64,000 bases of DNA, from assembly GCF_054482525.1 (NCBI RefSeq), contig NZ_CM137006.1. One strand, 5' to 3'. The notes beneath the pieces were generated by a model, which worked only from the letters and a program-made list of their open reading frames with translations, had not been told where the DNA came from and did not search any database. The translations under genes were made by a program, and so were the position numbers. Of this stretch, positions 42,535 to 54,533 are shown in pieces. Within the stretch, counting starts at the first letter, position 1; every line of letters begins with the position of its first letter.

Positions 42535-42558
42535 TTTGAAATGGTGCCGATAATAGGA
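42535..42558. repeat. Proximal att-like repeat overlapping the tRNA-Thr 3' end
   Basis: tttgaaatggtgccgataatagga; partner at 18971..18992. Confidence 0.5.
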
Positions 42559-42617
42559 GTCGAACCTACGACCTTCGCATTACGAATGCGCTGCTCTACC
42601 AACTGAGCTATATCGGC
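42542..42617 (-). tRNA. thrW: tRNA-Thr (anticodon CGU)
   Basis: Reverse complement reads GCCGATATAGCTCAGTTGGTAGAGCAGCGCATTCGTAATGCG...TTCGACTCC...CACCA: cloverleaf arms, CGT anticodon in the loop, encoded CCA. Confidence 0.85.
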
Positions 42618-42731
42618 CCTGAAAGGACATGTTCACGAACGTGAATCACGGTGGACAAGGTTAAAACTAACCGGGCGATGCGTCAATGGCCTTGTGAATC
42701 AAATGGCTACTTTTGCATCACCCGATTTTAT

Positions 42732-43985
42732 TTACGCACGAATGGTGTAATCACCAATGCCGATCCACTTGTAAGTGGTCAGCGCTTCCAGCCCCATTGG
42801 GCCACGCGCGTGGAGTTTTTGTGTGCTTACCGCCACTTCCGCGCCCAGTCCAAACTGGCCGCCGTCGGTAAAACGCGTAGAGGCGTTAACGTAAACAGCG
42901 GATGAATCTACTTCATTAACAAAACGCTGGGCGTTGCGCATATCGCGGGTCAGGATCGAATCGGAGTGTTGTGTGCCGTGTTCACGAATATGAGCGATGG
43001 CATCGTCAAGATCGCTGACGATTTTGACGTTCAAATCTAATGACAGAAACTCATCGTCATACTCTTCAGCTTTAACAGCAACCACCTTCGCGGGACCTGC
43101 CTGCAATTGCGTCAGTGCGGTAGCATCGGCGTGTAACGTCACACCGCTTTCAGCCATCTGTTTGCTTAACACAGGCAGGAAGCTATCGGCGATGTTTTTA
43201 TTCACCAGCAACGTTTCTACCGTATTACATGTGCTCGGACGCTGAGTTTTCGCGTTGACGATTACTTTCAGGGCTTCAGCGATCTCTGCACTTTCATCAA
43301 CGTAAATATGGCATACGCCTATACCGCCTGTGATCACCGGGATTGTCGACTGTTCGCGGCACAGCTTATGCAGGCCAGCGCCTCCACGCGGGATCAGCAT
43401 GTCGATGTATTTATCCATACGCAGCATTTCACTGACCAGCGCGCGGTCAGGATTATCAATCGCCTGTACTGCACCTGCCGGTAAACCACAAGAGTTCAGG
43501 GCGTCCTGAATCACCGCCACCGTTGCAGCGTTAGTGCGGCAGGTTTCTTTGCCACCACGCAGGATCACCGCGTTACCCGTTTTCAGGCACAGCGAAGCGA
43601 CATCAACCGTCACGTTCGGGCGCGCTTCATAAATCACGCCAATCACCCCCAGCGGTACGCGACGACGCTCCAGACGCAGACCGCTGTCCAGCACACTACC
43701 ATCAATCACCTGCCCCACCGGATCGGCGAGATTACACACCTGGCGCACATCGTCGGCGATGCCTTTCAGCCGTGCGGGCGTCAGTGCCAGACGGTCAAGC
43801 ATCGCTTCGCTAAGGCCATTGGCACGCGCGTCAGCAACATCCTGGGCGTTAGCGTTGAGGATGATTTCGCTTTGAGCTTCCAGTTCATCGGCGATTTTTT
43901 CCAGCACACGATTTTTTTCGCGGCTGGAGAGTTGCGCTAATTTATACGAGGCTTGCTTCGCGGCAATGCCCATTTGTTCCAGCAT
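42732..43985 (-). CDS. proA: Gamma-glutamyl phosphate reductase
   Basis: 417 aa aldehyde-dehydrogenase-like; matches ProA; adjacent to proB. Confidence 0.9.
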   Translation of the reverse strand: MLEQMGIAAKQASYKLAQLSSREKNRVLEKIADELEAQSEIILNANAQDVADARANGLSEAMLDRLALTPARLKGIADDVRQVCNLADPVGQVIDGSVLDSGLRLERRRVPLGVIGVIYEARPNVTVDVASLCLKTGNAVILRGGKETCRTNAATVAVIQDALNSCGLPAGAVQAIDNPDRALVSEMLRMDKYIDMLIPRGGAGLHKLCREQSTIPVITGGIGVCHIYVDESAEIAEALKVIVNAKTQRPSTCNTVETLLVNKNIADSFLPVLSKQMAESGVTLHADATALTQLQAGPAKVVAVKAEEYDDEFLSLDLNVKIVSDLDDAIAHIREHGTQHSDSILTRDMRNAQRFVNEVDSSAVYVNASTRFTDGGQFGLGAEVAVSTQKLHARGPMGLEALTTYKWIGIGDYTIRA

Positions 43986-43996
43986 CGGCCTGCTCC

Positions 43997-45100
43997 TTAA
44001 CGGGTAATCATGTCATCACGGTGAACGGCAACCGGGCCGTATTCATATCCCAGTATTGCATCAATTTCTTGCGAGTGGTGTCCGGCAATGCGGCGTAATG
44101 CATCGCTGTTGTAACGACTGACGCCGTGGGCGATATCGCGACCTTCGAGGTTGCAAATGCGGATGACTTCACCACGCGAGAAATTGCCAGTCACGCTTTT
44201 AATACCTTTCGGCAACAGGGAGCTGCCGCGTTCAAGAATGGCGGCGGTTGCCCCTTCATCTACCGTGATTTCACCCGCAGGTGGTGCACCGAAAATCCAG
44301 CGTTTACGGTTTTCAAGCGGAGTCGCCTGGGCATGAAACAGCGTACCGACGGAAATGCCTTCCATCACATCACCAATAACGCCCGGCTTGCTGCCCGCGG
44401 CAATAATGGTGTCGATACCCGCACGGCAAGCCACGTCCGCGGCCTGCAATTTGGTACTCATGCCGCCAGTTCCGAGGCCTGAAACGCTGTCACCGGCAAT
44501 CGCGCGCAGTGCGTCATCAATGCCGTAAACATCTTTAATCAGTTCTGCCTGCGGATTGCTGCGCGGGTCAGCGGTATACAAACCTTTTTGATCGGTCAGC
44601 AGCAACAGTTTATCGGCACCCGCCAGAATCGCCGCCAGCGCAGAAAGGTTATCGTTATCGCCGACCTTAATCTCTGCAGTAGCGACAGCATCGTTCTCAT
44701 TGATCACCGGAACGATATTGTTATCGAGCAACGCACGCAGGGTGTCGCGGGCGTTCAGGAAGCGTTCACGGTCTTCCATATCAGCACGGGTCAGCAGCAT
44801 TTGCCCGACGTGAATGCCATAAATAGAAAACAGCTGTTCCCACAGTTGAATCAGTCGACTCTGCCCTACCGCCGCCAGCAGTTGTTTCGAGGCGATAGTC
44901 GCTGGCAGTTCCGGGTAACCCAGGTGCTCACGTCCGGCGGCGATCGCGCCCGACGTCACAATAACAATCCGATGCCCGGCGGCATGTAACTGCGCGCACT
45001 GGCGAACAAGTTCAACGATATGGGCACGGTTCAGACGGCGCGATCCGCCTGTTAGCACACTGGTGCCGAGTTTTACCACCAGCGTCTGGCTGTCACTCAT
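43997..45100 (-). CDS. proB: Glutamate 5-kinase
   Basis: 367 aa amino-acid kinase domain with C-terminal PUA; matches ProB. Confidence 0.9.
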
Positions 45101-45387
45101 GATTCTCTGCCATTCAATTTTAGGAAAAATGATATCAAACGAACGTTTTAGCAGGACTGTCGTCGGTTGCCAACCATCTGCGAGTAAAGCATGGTGTTTT
45201 GTTGCGCGGGATCAGCAAGCGTAGCGGCAGTTGTTTACGCTTTTATTACAGATTTAATAAATTACCACATTTTAAGAATATTATTAATCTGTAATATATC
45301 TTTAACAATCTCAGGTTAAAAACTTTCCTGTTTTCAACGGGACTCTCCCGCTGAATATTCGCGCGTTAATTAAAATCAGGAATGAAA

Positions 45388-46443
45388 ATGAAAAAGAGCA
45401 CTCTGGCATTAGTGGTGATGGGCATTGTGGCATCTGCATCCGTACAGGCCGCAGAAATATATAACAAAGACGGTAATAAACTGGATGTCTATGGCAAAGT
45501 TAAAGCCATGCATTATATGAGTGATAACGACAGTAAAGATGGCGACCAGAGTTATATCCGTTTTGGTTTTAAAGGCGAAACACAAATTAACGATCAACTG
45601 ACGGGTTATGGTCGTTGGGAAGCGGAGTTTGCCGGTAATAAAGCGGAGAGTGATACTGCACAGCAAAAAACGCGTCTCGCTTTTGCCGGGTTGAAATATA
45701 AAGATTTGGGTTCTTTCGATTATGGTCGTAACCTGGGCGCGCTGTATGACGTGGAAGCCTGGACCGATATGTTCCCGGAATTTGGTGGCGACTCCTCGGC
45801 GCAGACCGACAACTTTATGACCAAACGCGCCAGCGGTCTGGCTACTTACCGTAACACTGACTTTTTCGGCGTTATCGATGGTCTGAACTTAACCCTGCAA
45901 TATCAAGGGAAAAACGAAAACCGCGACGTTAAAAAGCAAAACGGCGATGGCTTCGGCACGTCATTGACATATGACTTCGGCGGCAGCGATTTCGCCATCA
46001 GTGGGGCCTATACCAACTCCGATCGCACCAACGAGCAGAACCTGCAAAGCCGTGGCACAGGCAAGCGTGCAGAAGCATGGGCAACAGGTCTGAAATACGA
46101 TGCCAATAATATTTATCTGGCAACTTTTTATTCTGAAACGCGTAAAATGACGCCAATCTCTGGCGGCTTTGCCAATAAGACACAGAACTTTGAAGCGGTC
46201 GCCCAATACCAGTTTGACTTTGGTCTGCGTCCGTCGCTGGGTTATGTCTTATCGAAAGGGAAAGATATTGAGGGCATCGGTGATGAAGATCTGGTTAATT
46301 ATATCGACGTCGGTGCTACGTATTATTTCAACAAAAATATGTCGGCATTTGTTGATTATAAAATAAACCAACTGGATAGCGATAATAAGCTGAACATCAA
46401 TAATGATGATATTGTCGCGGTTGGCATGACCTATCAGTTTTAA
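45388..46443 (+). CDS. phoE: Outer-membrane phosphoporin PhoE
   Basis: Signal peptide [37 protein letters not shown] porin N-terminus, C-terminal F. Confidence 0.9.
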   Translation: MKKSTLALVVMGIVASASVQAAEIYNKDGNKLDVYGKVKAMHYMSDNDSKDGDQSYIRFGFKGETQINDQLTGYGRWEAEFAGNKAESDTAQQKTRLAFAGLKYKDLGSFDYGRNLGALYDVEAWTDMFPEFGGDSSAQTDNFMTKRASGLATYRNTDFFGVIDGLNLTLQYQGKNENRDVKKQNGDGFGTSLTYDFGGSDFAISGAYTNSDRTNEQNLQSRGTGKRAEAWATGLKYDANNIYLATFYSETRKMTPISGGFANKTQNFEAVAQYQFDFGLRPSLGYVLSKGKDIEGIGDEDLVNYIDVGATYYFNKNMSAFVDYKINQLDSDNKLNINNDDIVAVGMTYQF

Positions 46444-46450
46444 TGGATAT

Positions 46451-46473
46451 TGCCGGATGTGATGCATCCGGCA
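46451..46473. terminator. REP-like hairpin between convergent phoE and crl
   Basis: tgccggatg-tgat-gcatccggca palindrome; no clear T-run. Confidence 0.35.
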
Positions 46474-46481
46474 CATTTCAC

Positions 46482-46940
<459 letters not shown>

Positions 46941-48185
46941 TTAACACAAACGTTTTTCGATCCAGTCTGTGATTTCCTGAAGACCTTTGTCAAAATTCCG
47001 ATACACCGGGTTAAATGGGATCTCTAATAATTTACCGTCAGCAGATGATGAGGTGATTAAGCGTGAGTCCTCTTCCGGGCTGAACGGATCGTTCTTCCAG
47101 TAGCCTGATAACATTGGCGTTGGGCAGCGACGCCCCAGCAATCCTTGCACTTTTAATGAATAACGATTCAGCTCCACGCGTAACGCTTCGTCGGAAGCAT
47201 CATGCATCCCCAAACGACTCGCCAGAACGTCAAGATACATTTCCGGCACCTGTTGCTGGCACTTAAAATCACTCAACAGGGTATGAACTACCGGACCAAG
47301 ACAGGCAACCGCTTTCAGACGCGGCGATTCAAGGTATGCCAGACGCACGGCAACGTTAGCGCCGAAACGGAAACCAAAGGCCGCGACGCGAGTATGATCT
47401 ACCCACGGTACGTTAGGCAGCGCCTTTAAGACGTGCTGATGCAACAGGCTGGAGTCCTGGGTGAGCTTCCATTTTGAAGAAAAGCCCACCGACGGCATAT
47501 CAATAGTCAGCATCGCAATGCCGCGCGGCGCAAAATAACGTTCATACAGGCTGTAATAGTCCGTCTGCATCGCATCCAGACCACCACACATTAATACTGT
47601 CGGGAACGGGCCATCGCCTTTCGGCATATGCAAAAAGCCGGTGATGGGCGCACCGCCGGGTACGGTAAACTCCATCTGCCGCATCGTGCCCGGCAGACGT
47701 TGGGCGGCCTCTTCATAGGCACGGTTTGACAAAGCCTGCGCTTGCTCGGCCAGATCATCTCCTTTCAGATGAGGATAGGCGGCAATGTTGTACAACGTAG
47801 CCGCATGCAACCAGTGACGACCACTGAGTTGCGGATCTTCTTCCGCACAGGCTTTTTGTTGCCACACCATCGCCTGGGTGGCCCACTCATAAATCCAGTT
47901 GCCGCCGCGGTAGCCAATTACCGTATCGTATAAATCATCGTCGGTACGTTCGGCATCGCTCATCACAATACGCGCCTGGACGTCGAGGATTTCACGTGGG
48001 TCAATGCCGCGCCAGATCCACATCAGACGGTTAATCATGCGATACCAGTGAGGGATGGTTTTACCATCAAGGGCCGACTGCACAGGCGGTTGTGCGCCGT
48101 GATTAAAGCGGCGAACTAGCGTCGAGGTTTCAGGATGTTTAAAGCGGGGTTTGAACAGGGTTTCGCTCAGGTTTGCCTGTGTCAT
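46941..48185 (-). CDS. frsA: Esterase FrsA
   Basis: 414 aa alpha/beta hydrolase; matches FrsA; conserved synteny. Confidence 0.85.
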
Positions 48186-48276
48186 GGATGCAGCCTCCAG
48201 AATACTTACTGGAAACTATTGTAACCTGCCTGAAGTTAAAAAGAACAACGCCCGGCAGTGCCAGGCGTTGAAAAGA

Positions 48277-48735
48277 TTAGCGACCGGAGATTGGCGGGAC
48301 GAATACGACGCCCATATCCCACGGCTGTTCGATCCAGGTATCTTGCGGGATATCAACAACATAATCATCAACCAGCGGGCGACCGGCCGGTTTTGCGAAG
48401 ATGGTGACAAAGTGCGCTTTTGGATACATTTCACGAATCGCAACCGCAGTACCACCGGTATCCACCAGGTCATCAATAACGATGAAGCCTTCGCCATCGC
48501 CTTCTGCACGTTTCAGCACTTTAAGCTCGCGCTGGTTGTCGTGATCGTAGCTGGAAATACAAACGGTATCGACATGACGAATACCCAGTTCACGCGCCAG
48601 TAACGCACCCGGTACCAGACCGCCACGGCTTACGGCAATAATGCCTTTCCATTGTTCAGAAGGCATCAGTCGGCTTGCGAGTTTACGTGCATGGATCTGC
48701 AACATGTCCCAGGTGACGATGTATTTTTCGCTCAT
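48277..48735 (-). CDS. gpt: Xanthine-guanine phosphoribosyltransferase
   Basis: 152 aa; PRTase motif [13 protein letters not shown]. Confidence 0.9.
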
Positions 48736-48995
48736 GTGAAGTGTCCCAGCCTGTTTATCTACGGCTTAAAAAGTGTTCGAGGGGAAAATAGGTTGCGCGA
48801 GATTATAGAGATCTGGCGCACTAAAAACCAGTATTTCACATGAGTCCGCGTCTTTTTACGCACTGCCTCTCCCTGACGCGGGATAAAGTGGTATTCTCAA
48901 ACATATCTCGCAAGCCTGTCTTGTGTTGACAACATTTTCTGCTAACCCTGTGACCTGCAATACTGTTTTGCGGGTGATCGACAAGGAGACTTAAC

Positions 48996-50453
48996 GTGTC
49001 TGAACTGTCTCAATTATCTCCACAGCCGCTGTGGGATATTTTTGCCAAAATCTGTTCTATTCCTCACCCGTCCTATCATGAAGAGCAACTCGCTGAATAC
49101 ATTGTTGGTTGGGCAAAAGAGAAAGGTTTCCATGTCGAACGCGATCAGGTAGGTAATATCCTGATTCGTAAACCTGCTACCGCAGGTATGGAAAATCGTA
49201 AACCGGTCGTCTTGCAGGCCCACCTCGATATGGTGCCGCAGAAAAATAACGACACCGTGCATGACTTCACTAAAGATCCTATCCAGCCTTATATTGATGG
49301 TGAATGGGTTAAAGCGCGCGGCACCACGCTGGGTGCGGATAACGGCATTGGTATGGCGTCTGCGCTGGCGGTTCTGGCTGACGAAAACGTGGTTCACGGC
49401 CCGCTGGAAGTGCTGCTGACCATGACCGAAGAAGCCGGTATGGACGGTGCTTTTGGCTTACAGAGCAACTGGTTGCAGGCTGATATTCTGATTAACACCG
49501 ACTCCGAAGAGGAAGGTGAAATCTACATGGGTTGCGCGGGGGGTATCGACTTCACCTCCAACCTGCATTTAGATCGTGAAGCGGTTCCAGCTGGTTTTGA
49601 AACCTTCAAGTTAACCTTAAAAGGTCTAAAAGGCGGTCACTCCGGCGGTGAAATCCACGTTGGCCTGGGTAATGCCAACAAACTGCTGGTGCGCTTCCTG
49701 GCGGGTCATGCGGAAGAGCTGGACCTGCGCCTTATCGATTTCAACGGTGGCACACTGCGTAACGCCATCCCGCGTGAAGCCTTTGCGACGATTGCTGTCG
49801 CAGCTGATAAAGTCGACGCACTGAAATCTCTGGTGAATACCTATCAGGAGATCCTGAAAAACGAGCTGGCAGAGAAAGAGAAAAATCTGGCATTGCTGCT
49901 GGACTCTGTTGCGAACGATAAAGCTGCCCTGATTGCGAAATCTCGCGATACCTTTATTCGTCTGCTGAACGCTACCCCGAACGGTGTGATCCGCAACTCC
50001 GACGTGGCAAAAGGTGTGGTCGAAACCTCCCTGAACGTCGGTGTGGTGACCATGACTGACAATAACGTAGAAATTCACTGCCTGATCCGTTCTCTGATCG
50101 ACAGCGGTAAAGACTACGTGGTGAGCATGCTGGATTCGCTGGGTAAACTGGCTGGCGCGAAAACCGAAGCGAAAGGCGCGTATCCAGGCTGGCAGCCGGA
50201 CGCTAATTCTCCGGTGATGCACCTGGTGCGTGAAACCTATCAGCGTCTGTTCAACAAGACGCCGAACATCCAGATTATCCACGCGGGCCTGGAATGTGGT
50301 CTGTTTAAAAAACCGTATCCGGAAATGGACATGGTTTCTATCGGGCCAACCATCACCGGTCCGCACTCTCCGGATGAGCAGGTTCATATCGAAAGCGTTG
50401 GTCATTACTGGACACTGCTGACTGAACTGCTGAAAGAAATTCCGGCGAAGTAA
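48996..50453 (+). CDS. pepD: Cytosol non-specific dipeptidase PepD
   Basis: 485 aa M20-family peptidase; GTG start. Confidence 0.9.
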   Translation: MSELSQLSPQPLWDIFAKICSIPHPSYHEEQLAEYIVGWAKEKGFHVERDQVGNILIRKPATAGMENRKPVVLQAHLDMVPQKNNDTVHDFTKDPIQPYIDGEWVKARGTTLGADNGIGMASALAVLADENVVHGPLEVLLTMTEEAGMDGAFGLQSNWLQADILINTDSEEEGEIYMGCAGGIDFTSNLHLDREAVPAGFETFKLTLKGLKGGHSGGEIHVGLGNANKLLVRFLAGHAEELDLRLIDFNGGTLRNAIPREAFATIAVAADKVDALKSLVNTYQEILKNELAEKEKNLALLLDSVANDKAALIAKSRDTFIRLLNATPNGVIRNSDVAKGVVETSLNVGVVTMTDNNVEIHCLIRSLIDSGKDYVVSMLDSLGKLAGAKTEAKGAYPGWQPDANSPVMHLVRETYQRLFNKTPNIQIIHAGLECGLFKKPYPEMDMVSIGPTITGPHSPDEQVHIESVGHYWTLLTELLKEIPAK

Positions 50454-50509
50454 TTATTTGATTTGCTGCCGGATGGCGTTTAATCGCCTTCCGGCAGTTT
50501 CATCCTTCA

Positions 50510-50767
50510 TTATCCTTCGATAAAAGCCATCCCTGTAAATGTCCGTCGCGGGTTGCCACGTTCAATTTGATGATGGAACATTCGCCACTGCGATTTCAGC
50601 GCCGCGCTATTTTCCTGTTGCTGTTGTTCCAGCTTCCAGGCAATCAGCAATCGCGCCAGCCGCTTGTTAGCATGCCCAGAAACCAGTTTTTGCGCCCATG
50701 ATGAGGCCGATACGGACTCGGACAAATCCACTGAATAGTGCCGCACCAACTTTCGCTTAATGCCCAT
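50510..50767 (-). pseudogene. prfH: Possible release-factor-homolog (prfH-like) fragment
   Basis: Short ORF in the position where K-12 carries truncated prfH; no GGQ motif seen, so assignment is positional. Confidence 0.3.
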
Positions 50768-50809
50768 GCGTTATCGCCATCCAGAGAAATCAGCGCCGAA
50801 CGCAGCGTG

Positions 50810-51076
50810 TCAGAGTAGCGGCCCGTTTCTGTTTCCAGCACCGTTACCGCGACGTCTTGCCGGGTAAAAACGGCCTGCGGAGAAGAACGCTGCGCCAATC
50901 GGGTAGCCGCGTCCGGGGTGTAAATCTGGCATCCCTACTACGCGCTGCATGTTGGGTAAATTTGCCGTGGTGTGTAATTGTTGGATCGCTAAACTCTCGA
51001 TCCACAGGCCATCAGATGCGATGGTAAATACCGCATCGGATAAGGGACGAATAGATTTGCCCATGTACCATCCCAT
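50810..51076 (-). pseudogene. ykfJ: RtcB-like RNA ligase fragment (ykfJ-like)
   Basis: [17 protein letters not shown] resembles a conserved RtcB active-site segment; ORF only 88 codons. Confidence 0.5.
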
Positions 51077-51308
51077 TTATACTCGTCATACTTCAAGTTG
51101 CATGTACTGCGACTCGAATTATTTAGAGTATATAAATATAAAAATCAGGAAATGGCAGACGAATCCAGGGCAAGAAAAAAGAATTAATCCTGGAAAGGTC
51201 TGCAAAGAGTCATTGATAAAGGATTTGTCATGATTTACCTCCTTGCAGTTTGTGGAATAAGAAAACGCGCACATACCAGGCGGGTGTTATTTTCATTGCA
51301 AGCTGAAT

Positions 51309-51761
51309 TTAATGTTGCGGTTTATATCGCATAGAAAAATTAGTAAACCACGCTCCCCTGCATTCAACGCGCTGCTGCTTAACTGTCTGAAAACCATAAC
51401 GTTCAAAAAAGGGTTTTGCGGTTATGCTTGCGTCCACCGTAAGTTCGGATTCAGACTTAATCAAAGGTTTTAACAAAGCGCTGGCAACCCCACGGCGGGT
51501 GTATTCAGGGTCAACAAATAACATATCGATATAGTGTTCAATGCGGGAAATAAAACCAACCGGTTGTGCATTAATGATCGCAACCCATACTTGTGATTTC
51601 GCGAGTTTCTCCTTCCAGCGAGATTCGTCAATCTGCGCCCAGGCGGCAATTTGTTGTGGTGAATAATGCTGACTGGCGGTCATCGTAACCGCTCTAAGGA
51701 AAATAGCGCATAGTTGCTGAAAATCGCCAGGCTGATAGTTTCTTATTTGTATGTTATTCAT
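51309..51761 (-). CDS. yafP: GNAT acetyltransferase YafP
   Basis: 150 aa GNAT fold; conserved dinB-yafNOP position. Confidence 0.8.
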   Translation of the reverse strand: MNNIQIRNYQPGDFQQLCAIFLRAVTMTASQHYSPQQIAAWAQIDESRWKEKLAKSQVWVAIINAQPVGFISRIEHYIDMLFVDPEYTRRGVASALLKPLIKSESELTVDASITAKPFFERYGFQTVKQQRVECRGAWFTNFSMRYKPQH

Positions 51762-51770
51762 AATATAAAT

Positions 51771-52169
51771 TCAAAAACGCATGCGAAACGCTTCTGCCAT
51801 TTTCCCAATTTTATGCATTTGGTTGTTATCTCGAGCCAGTTTATGAGGTTCAGGTTTCAGAATGGCAATGAGCAACCATGCTTGCTCATCAAACGCACCC
51901 TGACAATATACCAAATGCGCTTCGTCATTCGTTCTGCTGAATTGGCGCAACTGTGGCGGAAATGGATTATTCACATTTGCCAGATGAATATGAGCAACTC
52001 GCTCAAATTTGATTAATGGCCAGGTAAACGAGTCGTCGTAGAGTGCATCGCGACCAAATATATCTGGCAAAACACCGTCACGCTTATAGGAAATAAAATC
52101 CGCCGTTAACGCATCAAGTTCCTCTGCTGTAAGTTGCAGGCAAATAAGTTTTGTTTTGAATACCCGCAT
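51771..52169 (-). CDS. yafO: Ribosome-dependent mRNA interferase toxin YafO
   Basis: 132 aa; matches YafO; follows yafN. Confidence 0.8.
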   Translation of the reverse strand: MRVFKTKLICLQLTAEELDALTADFISYKRDGVLPDIFGRDALYDDSFTWPLIKFERVAHIHLANVNNPFPPQLRQFSRTNDEAHLVYCQGAFDEQAWLLIAILKPEPHKLARDNNQMHKIGKMAEAFRMRF

Positions 52170-52171
52170 CC

Positions 52172-52465
52172 TTATTCCTTAAAGTCATTGAAATCATCAT
52201 CCGTCATATCATTAAGATATTGTTCAGCGCGGCGTGTAATTTCCTCTAATCTTGCGGCACTCGGACGGAAGCGCGCCTTAACCAGTTTTTTCTCCTCTTG
52301 TTCAGCAAGCATGTCCATTAACGCTTCGAATGCGCTGGCACTTAAGAGATATCCTGCGGGGCGATTATTAGAAAGAACCGCAACTGGTTGATCAATAAAG
52401 TATTTAGCTGGGTTTTTACGTAACTCAGTGATATTGACCGATTTTTCAGCGAGAATTCGATGCAT
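52172..52465 (-). CDS. yafN: Antitoxin YafN (Phd/YefM family)
   Basis: 97 aa; N-terminal Phd-like fold. Confidence 0.8.
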   Translation of the reverse strand: MHRILAEKSVNITELRKNPAKYFIDQPVAVLSNNRPAGYLLSASAFEALMDMLAEQEEKKLVKARFRPSAARLEEITRRAEQYLNDMTDDDFNDFKE

Positions 52466-52516
52466 ACAGTGATCCCCTCATAATAATGCACATCAGAATA
52501 GACATAATAGTATACA

Positions 52517-53572
52517 TCATAATCCCAGCACCAGTTGTCTTTCCATTTGAGGGTCAAGCAACGTCACATGCAGCCCCACCAGTCGCACACCGCGCCCGCC
52601 GCGGCGTTCATCCCAGGTTTTACGCGCGGTGGCGATTAGATCAGCTTTATTCAGCCGCGGCCAGACGTGCTCCTGAGTGGTTTGCTGAAAATCATCAAAC
52701 TTTAATTTCACCCCCTGGCGAGCAATCAGTAAATCAGGTTTCACCTTTGCCAGACGGCGTTCAAGTTCCGGATACAGCCGCTCGATAATCGCTTCACATT
52801 CAGACCAGTGATGAATATCTTCCGCCATCGTGCGTTCCACGCCGACGGATTTTCGCAACCGTTCGCTGTTAACATCGCGTTCGTCAATCCCCTGACTACG
52901 CTCCCACAAAATGCGGCCAAATTTGCCAAAGCGTTTAAGCAGCATCACCAGATCACACTTTTGTACATCACCGCAGGTCCGCAGCCCCATCGCTTCCAGT
53001 TTTGCCGCCGAGACTTTGCCGACGCCGGGGATTTTTGCCAGTGGTAAGGTTTGTAAAAATGCCGGAACTTCTGCCGGCGTAATCACAAACTGGCCGTTGG
53101 GTTTATTCATGTCGGAGGCGATTTTGGCGAGAAACTTTACTGGTGCCACGCCCGCAGACGCCGTCAGTTGCAGCTCGCTGAAAATCGTCTGGCGGATTTC
53201 CTGGGCGATGAGGGTCGCAGAACCGTGGCAATGGACGCTATCAGTGACATCGAGATAGGCTTCATCCAGTGACAACGGTTCAATACGCGAGGTGTAGCGC
53301 GAGAAGATTTCACGGATATGATTTGAGGCTTCTTTGTAGGCGTCAAAGCGCCCCGGAAGCAAGGTGAGATGTGGGCATAATTTGAGCGCCATCCCTGTCG
53401 GCATAGCGCTACGTACGCCAAATTTACGCGCGGGATAATTGGCGGTGCTGATCACCCCCCGACGTTCGCGGCTGCCGCCAATAGCAATAGGGATATCGCG
53501 CAGGGCGGGATTGTCGCGCATCTCCACCGCTGCGAAAAAGCAGTCCATATCCACATGAATGATTTTACGCAT
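52517..53572 (-). CDS. dinB: DNA polymerase IV
   Basis: 351 aa Y-family polymerase, N-terminal [19 protein letters not shown]. Confidence 0.9.
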   Translation of the reverse strand: MRKIIHVDMDCFFAAVEMRDNPALRDIPIAIGGSRERRGVISTANYPARKFGVRSAMPTGMALKLCPHLTLLPGRFDAYKEASNHIREIFSRYTSRIEPLSLDEAYLDVTDSVHCHGSATLIAQEIRQTIFSELQLTASAGVAPVKFLAKIASDMNKPNGQFVITPAEVPAFLQTLPLAKIPGVGKVSAAKLEAMGLRTCGDVQKCDLVMLLKRFGKFGRILWERSQGIDERDVNSERLRKSVGVERTMAEDIHHWSECEAIIERLYPELERRLAKVKPDLLIARQGVKLKFDDFQQTTQEHVWPRLNKADLIATARKTWDERRGGRGVRLVGLHVTLLDPQMERQLVLGL

Positions 53573-53586
53573 TGCTCACCTCTCAA

Positions 53587-53606
53587 CACTGGTAAAGTAT
53601 ACAGTG
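53587..53606 (-). promoter_or_regulatory. LexA (SOS) box upstream of dinB
   Basis: Minus-strand reading cactgtatactttaccagtg fits CTGT-N8-ACAG with one mismatch. Confidence 0.6.
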
Positions 53607-53642
53607 ATTTCAGGGTTTGAGAAATGCGTAAAGATTCAGCAT

Positions 53643-54533
53643 CTAGCGCGTTCGCTGCGAATGCACCTGCTGCTTATCCAGCTTTTGCACCAGCGGCTGC
53701 ACCACTTTATCCCCATGCTGACCAAAGTATTGATACAGCGTATCGGACGCACTTTTGGTCAGCACCATAATCTCAATGCGTCGGTTGCCCGCGCTTTGCG
53801 GATTTTTCGCGTCCAGCAGCATCTGGTCCGCCATCGCGCTCACCTGCATCACTTTATCTTCCGGCATTCCGGCCTCTTCCAGCACCCGACGAGCCGAAAG
53901 CGCGCGATCGCCCGAAAGGTTCCAGTTGTTGTAGATATTGTTTTTGTAGGCCATCGCATCGGTATGCCCGGTAATAATAATTTTGTTATCGAGCGAGTCG
54001 AACACTGGCGCGAGCTCCACCAGCAAAGTTTTAAAGAACGGCATAATCTGTGCGCTGCCGCGTTCAAACATATTGCGGTTCTGGTCATCTTTAATCAGCA
54101 CGCGCAGTCCCTGGGGAACAATCTCCATCTCCAGATTCGCTTCCATATGTGCATCACGGGCAATGGTGTTGATACTGGTCGCCAGCTCGCCAAGCTCAGT
54201 GGCTGATTTCTTCTTCAGCAGCGCCGTTTTCTCATTGACGTCACGCGCTTTTTTCTCCGTCTCTTCCGGCACCGCCACGGTGGCAGGTTTTGGCGGATGA
54301 GACGGGCTGATTTTATTTAACGGCGACAACCCGCCGCCATTGAAAATCGACTGCCCGTGCAGCGCGGCGATAATGCTTTCACGCTCGGATTTACTGACGC
54401 TGTTGACAATCAACTTTATCGTCGTCACCAAAGGGGCCGAGCGTATTTCCGAGGTTTCTGCCCGCTTTACCTTAGACGCGATGCCCGGTAAACAGATGGC
54501 GATTGACGCCGATCTTAACGCTGGGTTGATCAA
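53643..54533 (-). pseudogene. lafU: Flag-2 lateral flagellar motor MotB-like relic (lafU)
   Basis: OmpA/MotB-like C-terminal domain present but N-terminal TM segment absent; 5' end runs into the lfhA fragment. Confidence 0.6.

Noticed and set aside
49626-50405. 259-aa minus-strand ORF inside pepD
   Set aside because: Antisense shadow ORF of pepD; His/Arg/Gln-rich low-complexity translation.
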